Below, piece after piece: positions 61,401 to 64,000 of a stretch of DNA of 64,000 nucleotides. Made by a program: the position numbers and the translations under genes. This DNA comes from Phoronis australis (taxonomy: Eukaryota > Animalia > Phoronida), in NCBI GenBank assembly GCA_002633005.1, contig NMRA01000003.1:2453159-2517158 (forward strand). Direction: 5' to 3'. The notes under the pieces are model-generated. The model saw only the letters and a program-made list of their open reading frames with translations, ran no database searches and had not been told where the DNA came from. Numbering within the stretch: position 1 is the first letter of the stretch; each line of letters starts with the position of its first letter.

Positions 61401-63424
61401 TCTGATCTTCCCAGTTCACCATGCAAGGAACTAACTGATAAAACAGTGGCTTGAAAGGCAGAGTTCCCATGTGAATGGGATACAAAACAGGTCCGTTTTT
61501 TGATGAGCGATGGCGACCTAACGCATGATGAAATTCATCAGTCGTCTTCCTAGTGATCGTGTAGACCGAGGTCACTAGAGCTACAACCAGGTCACACTTT
61601 TCTAGAGCCGACACCATGTCAGTGTCGCTAGAAATAGTAAACGTAGTCTGTATCTCAGGCGCCATGCAAGCCAGCAATCTGTTCAGATAAGCAGCATACT
61701 TTTCAGTCAAGTTGGTGTAACTTATTCCAATATGGCAATGACGAGTTTCAACAGAATTCACGCCACCATCAATGTTCAAAACGTTCACTCTATTCTCGAA
61801 CAATTGTTGTCTGTGTTGCTCACAAACTTCACTCAGATTCAGTGGAACCTGAAATTGAAATAGAAAAATATTATTAATAAAAACTTATCAGTAACACAGC
61901 AACTGTTCACTGGATTGAACACAGAACTGATATAAACTTCACATAAGGATCTATTTTTACAGCTCAGCACATACAAAATTGCCTTGTTAAAGTGTCCAAT
62001 CACATGTAAACTTTACTAAATACTTAGCAACATTGAAATATGGTGTCTTCAACTTCCCAAAATGAAAAAGCAGACGATAACTAACTTTAATCAAAACCCA
62101 CACAGTGTCATTATGACAAGTGAAAGGCATACACCGTCTGGTACTTCAACTCAGATTGAGTTTGAAATGGTTCCTAATCATGTCGATTGCTCGGATCCAA
62201 ACAAAGGGGACTCAGAACAGTCTTCCTGATATATCAGGCAGTTAGTGTGTCGAAGTTCATGAACATCTATTGGCAAAGTATAAGATGCCATAGAACAGGA
62301 CAGCTGGGGTGTAATCTCGGCTCTCAAAACTCGCAGGAAACACGTCAATCTTGGATGGTGTGGCTCAGGTCACATAGTTAAACAAGTCAATTTACAACAT
62401 GGTTTACTTTGACTGAAACATGGTGTTCACCCGCCCAGCACAAGAGTAATTCGTTTCCAAAAAAAGAAGTATACCATACATATATACAGTTGCAAAAGGT
62501 TTTACTTTAACAATCATAAAATTAAATAAAATTTCAACTGGTACTGCAATGTATCAGCCCTCTAGTGTATGACATTTAGTGCAATGGACTAAATATAGAT
62601 TAATTACTAGCTTGTTAACAATTCTTGCCTCAACAGTACTGAAGACATGGTCATCAACAACATCTCTCATCAGCCAGTTCTCAACAGCTGCCAACACTTC
62701 ATGGATAACTTGAGTGTAATGCTCCCTGCCATCCAAGATGGGAACTTGGGAGGACGCAAAAGGAATTTCTCCAATCGTTTCTATGGCAATGGGTACCAAG
62801 AAAAACTGAGAGTCACCTCCTTTTTCCTGCAATAACTTTAGATTATTAACATTCAACACAACTTGGTAAATAAAATTTTCATTAATTTTGCACATGTCAG
62901 GTGTAATTGACAAAAAGTCATGTTTTATTATTCAAAGCCAGATAAACTTGTTGCAAATAATGGAAATGTTATCAAATACTGTATTGAGACATCCACTCTG
63001 TACAGACTGAGATAGTGATAGACTTAATCTTTATTTTTGTTAGAGAAATTTGACAAAGTGACATTTCATTTTTTGCCTAGAGCTAAATTAGAGAAGAATT
63101 ATCATGTATGAAGAAGATGATAAATTAATGCTATGCCTAATATAGTTTACAAGGTTAAAATTAAGAAAATGACAATGCCAAACCGCAGAAGATAACAAAT
63201 TAAAACTAAACATTACTAAAAAGTTTTCTGCAGGGGAAACTTACTATGTGTTGTTATGTGACAGAGAATTTATTTTGCTGAACTCACCCAACACATGTGT
63301 TTTGCCAAGGCGAGATTATACTCCTCAGTACACACCAAAGACTTGATATACTCATTGGATATGAGGGCCAGCATACACCTGGCGCCATCTACAGCATAGT
63401 ACAGAGACTGCTGCCATGTGGAAC
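58360..63424 (-). CDS. Multi-TIR-domain protein gene, 5'-partial (exons 63424-63288, 62826-62629 or 62608, 61848-61229, 59756-59651, 58476-58360)
   Basis: Phase-compatible exons. The first reads STWQQSLYYAVDGARCMLALISNEYIKSLVCTEEYNLAL (TIR alphaB-betaC-alphaC pattern: S..Y..S..C..E). The third has a second TIR-like unit: HIGISY...ALEKCDLVVALVTSVY...DEFHHALGRHR...VLYPIHM..LP. Confidence 0.8.
59651..59756 (-). CDS. TIR gene exon (C-terminal region)
   Basis: ttttacag|c MDHGQNTVLNNIVKLKLASEKQCLKEIESISPGND|gtaagt; phase 2-0 matches its neighbours. Confidence 0.7.
59877..60675. mobile_element. PIF/Harbinger-type MITE in a TIR-gene intron
   Basis: TTA-GGGCTGTTCCAGTAAAATC ... GATTTTGCTGGAACAGCCC-TTA (19-bp TIR, 1 mismatch, TTA TSD). 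Confidence 0.88.
61229..61848 (-). CDS. TIR gene exon (second, divergent TIR-like domain)
   Basis: ttcag|VPLNLSEVCEQHRQQ continuing into ORF 61225..61803, ending ag|gtaaca; 620 nt open. Confidence 0.85.
62608..62826 (-). CDS. TIR gene exon (end of first TIR, linker); donor either GC after 62629 or GT after 62608
   Basis: ttgcag|EKGGDSQFFLVPIAIETIGEIPFASSQVPILDGREHYTQVIHEVLAAVENWL...; LVPI resembles TIR betaD. Confidence 0.75.
63288..63424 (-). CDS. TIR gene exon (core of first visible TIR domain)
   Basis: cttcag|gt STWQQSLYYAVDGARCMLALISNEYIKSLVCTEEYNLALAKHMCW|gtgagt; 137 nt; not in the ORF track. Confidence 0.85.
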
Positions 63425-64000
63425 CTGAAGCAAAAGTAAGGTAACCTAGTAAGTTTTTCCCTGAAACACCAGAATTATAAAGTTTGTATAAAACAAAGGC
63501 AACGGAACTATGAACTTGGTTAAACTAATAAAGAAACAGTTTTGAGTCTCAGATATTGTGTCTTTTTCAGACGCTTGTTAAGAACTGATGAGTTTGAGGA
63601 AATGTGTGCAGAACTTTATGCAATACATTACCCTGTGTCTTAAAGCAGTTATCACGAAGAAAGATGAACCAACTTTTTTTTTCATCAGCGGTGGACAAAG
63701 CAGACAAGTGCAAGACATAAATGGGTCACGTAAATGGGTCGTGTAAGACTTATGGATGTCATGGTAACAGTAGTTAAGATTATGTAGGACCTTACAAAAA
63801 TGTCTAATTTTTGCCAACTTCAGAACATCATAAGTCTCCAAAATGGCTCCATGGGTTTCACATGAAACTTTAACATACTAGGCTACATACACTGTTCTAC
63901 AAAACAATGAGAGGAATTGTTTTTGAAATATTCTACTTTTGCAGCAAAAGCTATCAAAAATAGGACTTACATGAATTTTAAGAAAAAAATAAAGTTGCAT

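Overview
AT-rich eukaryotic (animal, probably invertebrate) genomic DNA with spliceosomal introns; it is not prokaryotic. Most of the window is one + strand gene for the myosin co-chaperone UNC-45 (TPR + central ARM + UCS domains). I traced 16 phase-compatible GT-AG coding exons from 5561 to the stop at 53043 (2510 nt, about 836 codons). The 5' exons lie upstream of the window. One conserved internal exon of about 30 aa is absent and probably lies in the N gap at 34087-34405. Converging on it from the - strand is the 3' part (5 exons, 63424-58360) of a gene encoding at least two tandem TIR-like domains. The introns hold many mobile-element relics: decayed LINEs (CR1/L2-like, L1/Tx1-like, RTE), Helentron-type HINE elements whose ~145-bp internal repeats each carry a CTCF-like motif, Tc2/pogo-, hAT- and PIF/Harbinger-type MITEs, and a decayed intron-containing hAT transposase. 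The less ordinary observations are a tandem array that copies an exon end plus its splice donor about 10 times, a cryptic decayed ubiquitin-specific protease (USP) domain on the - strand that the ORF track misses, and the multi-TIR gene. No CRISPR array, rRNA or intact tRNA was found. All homology calls come from motif recognition, not database searches.
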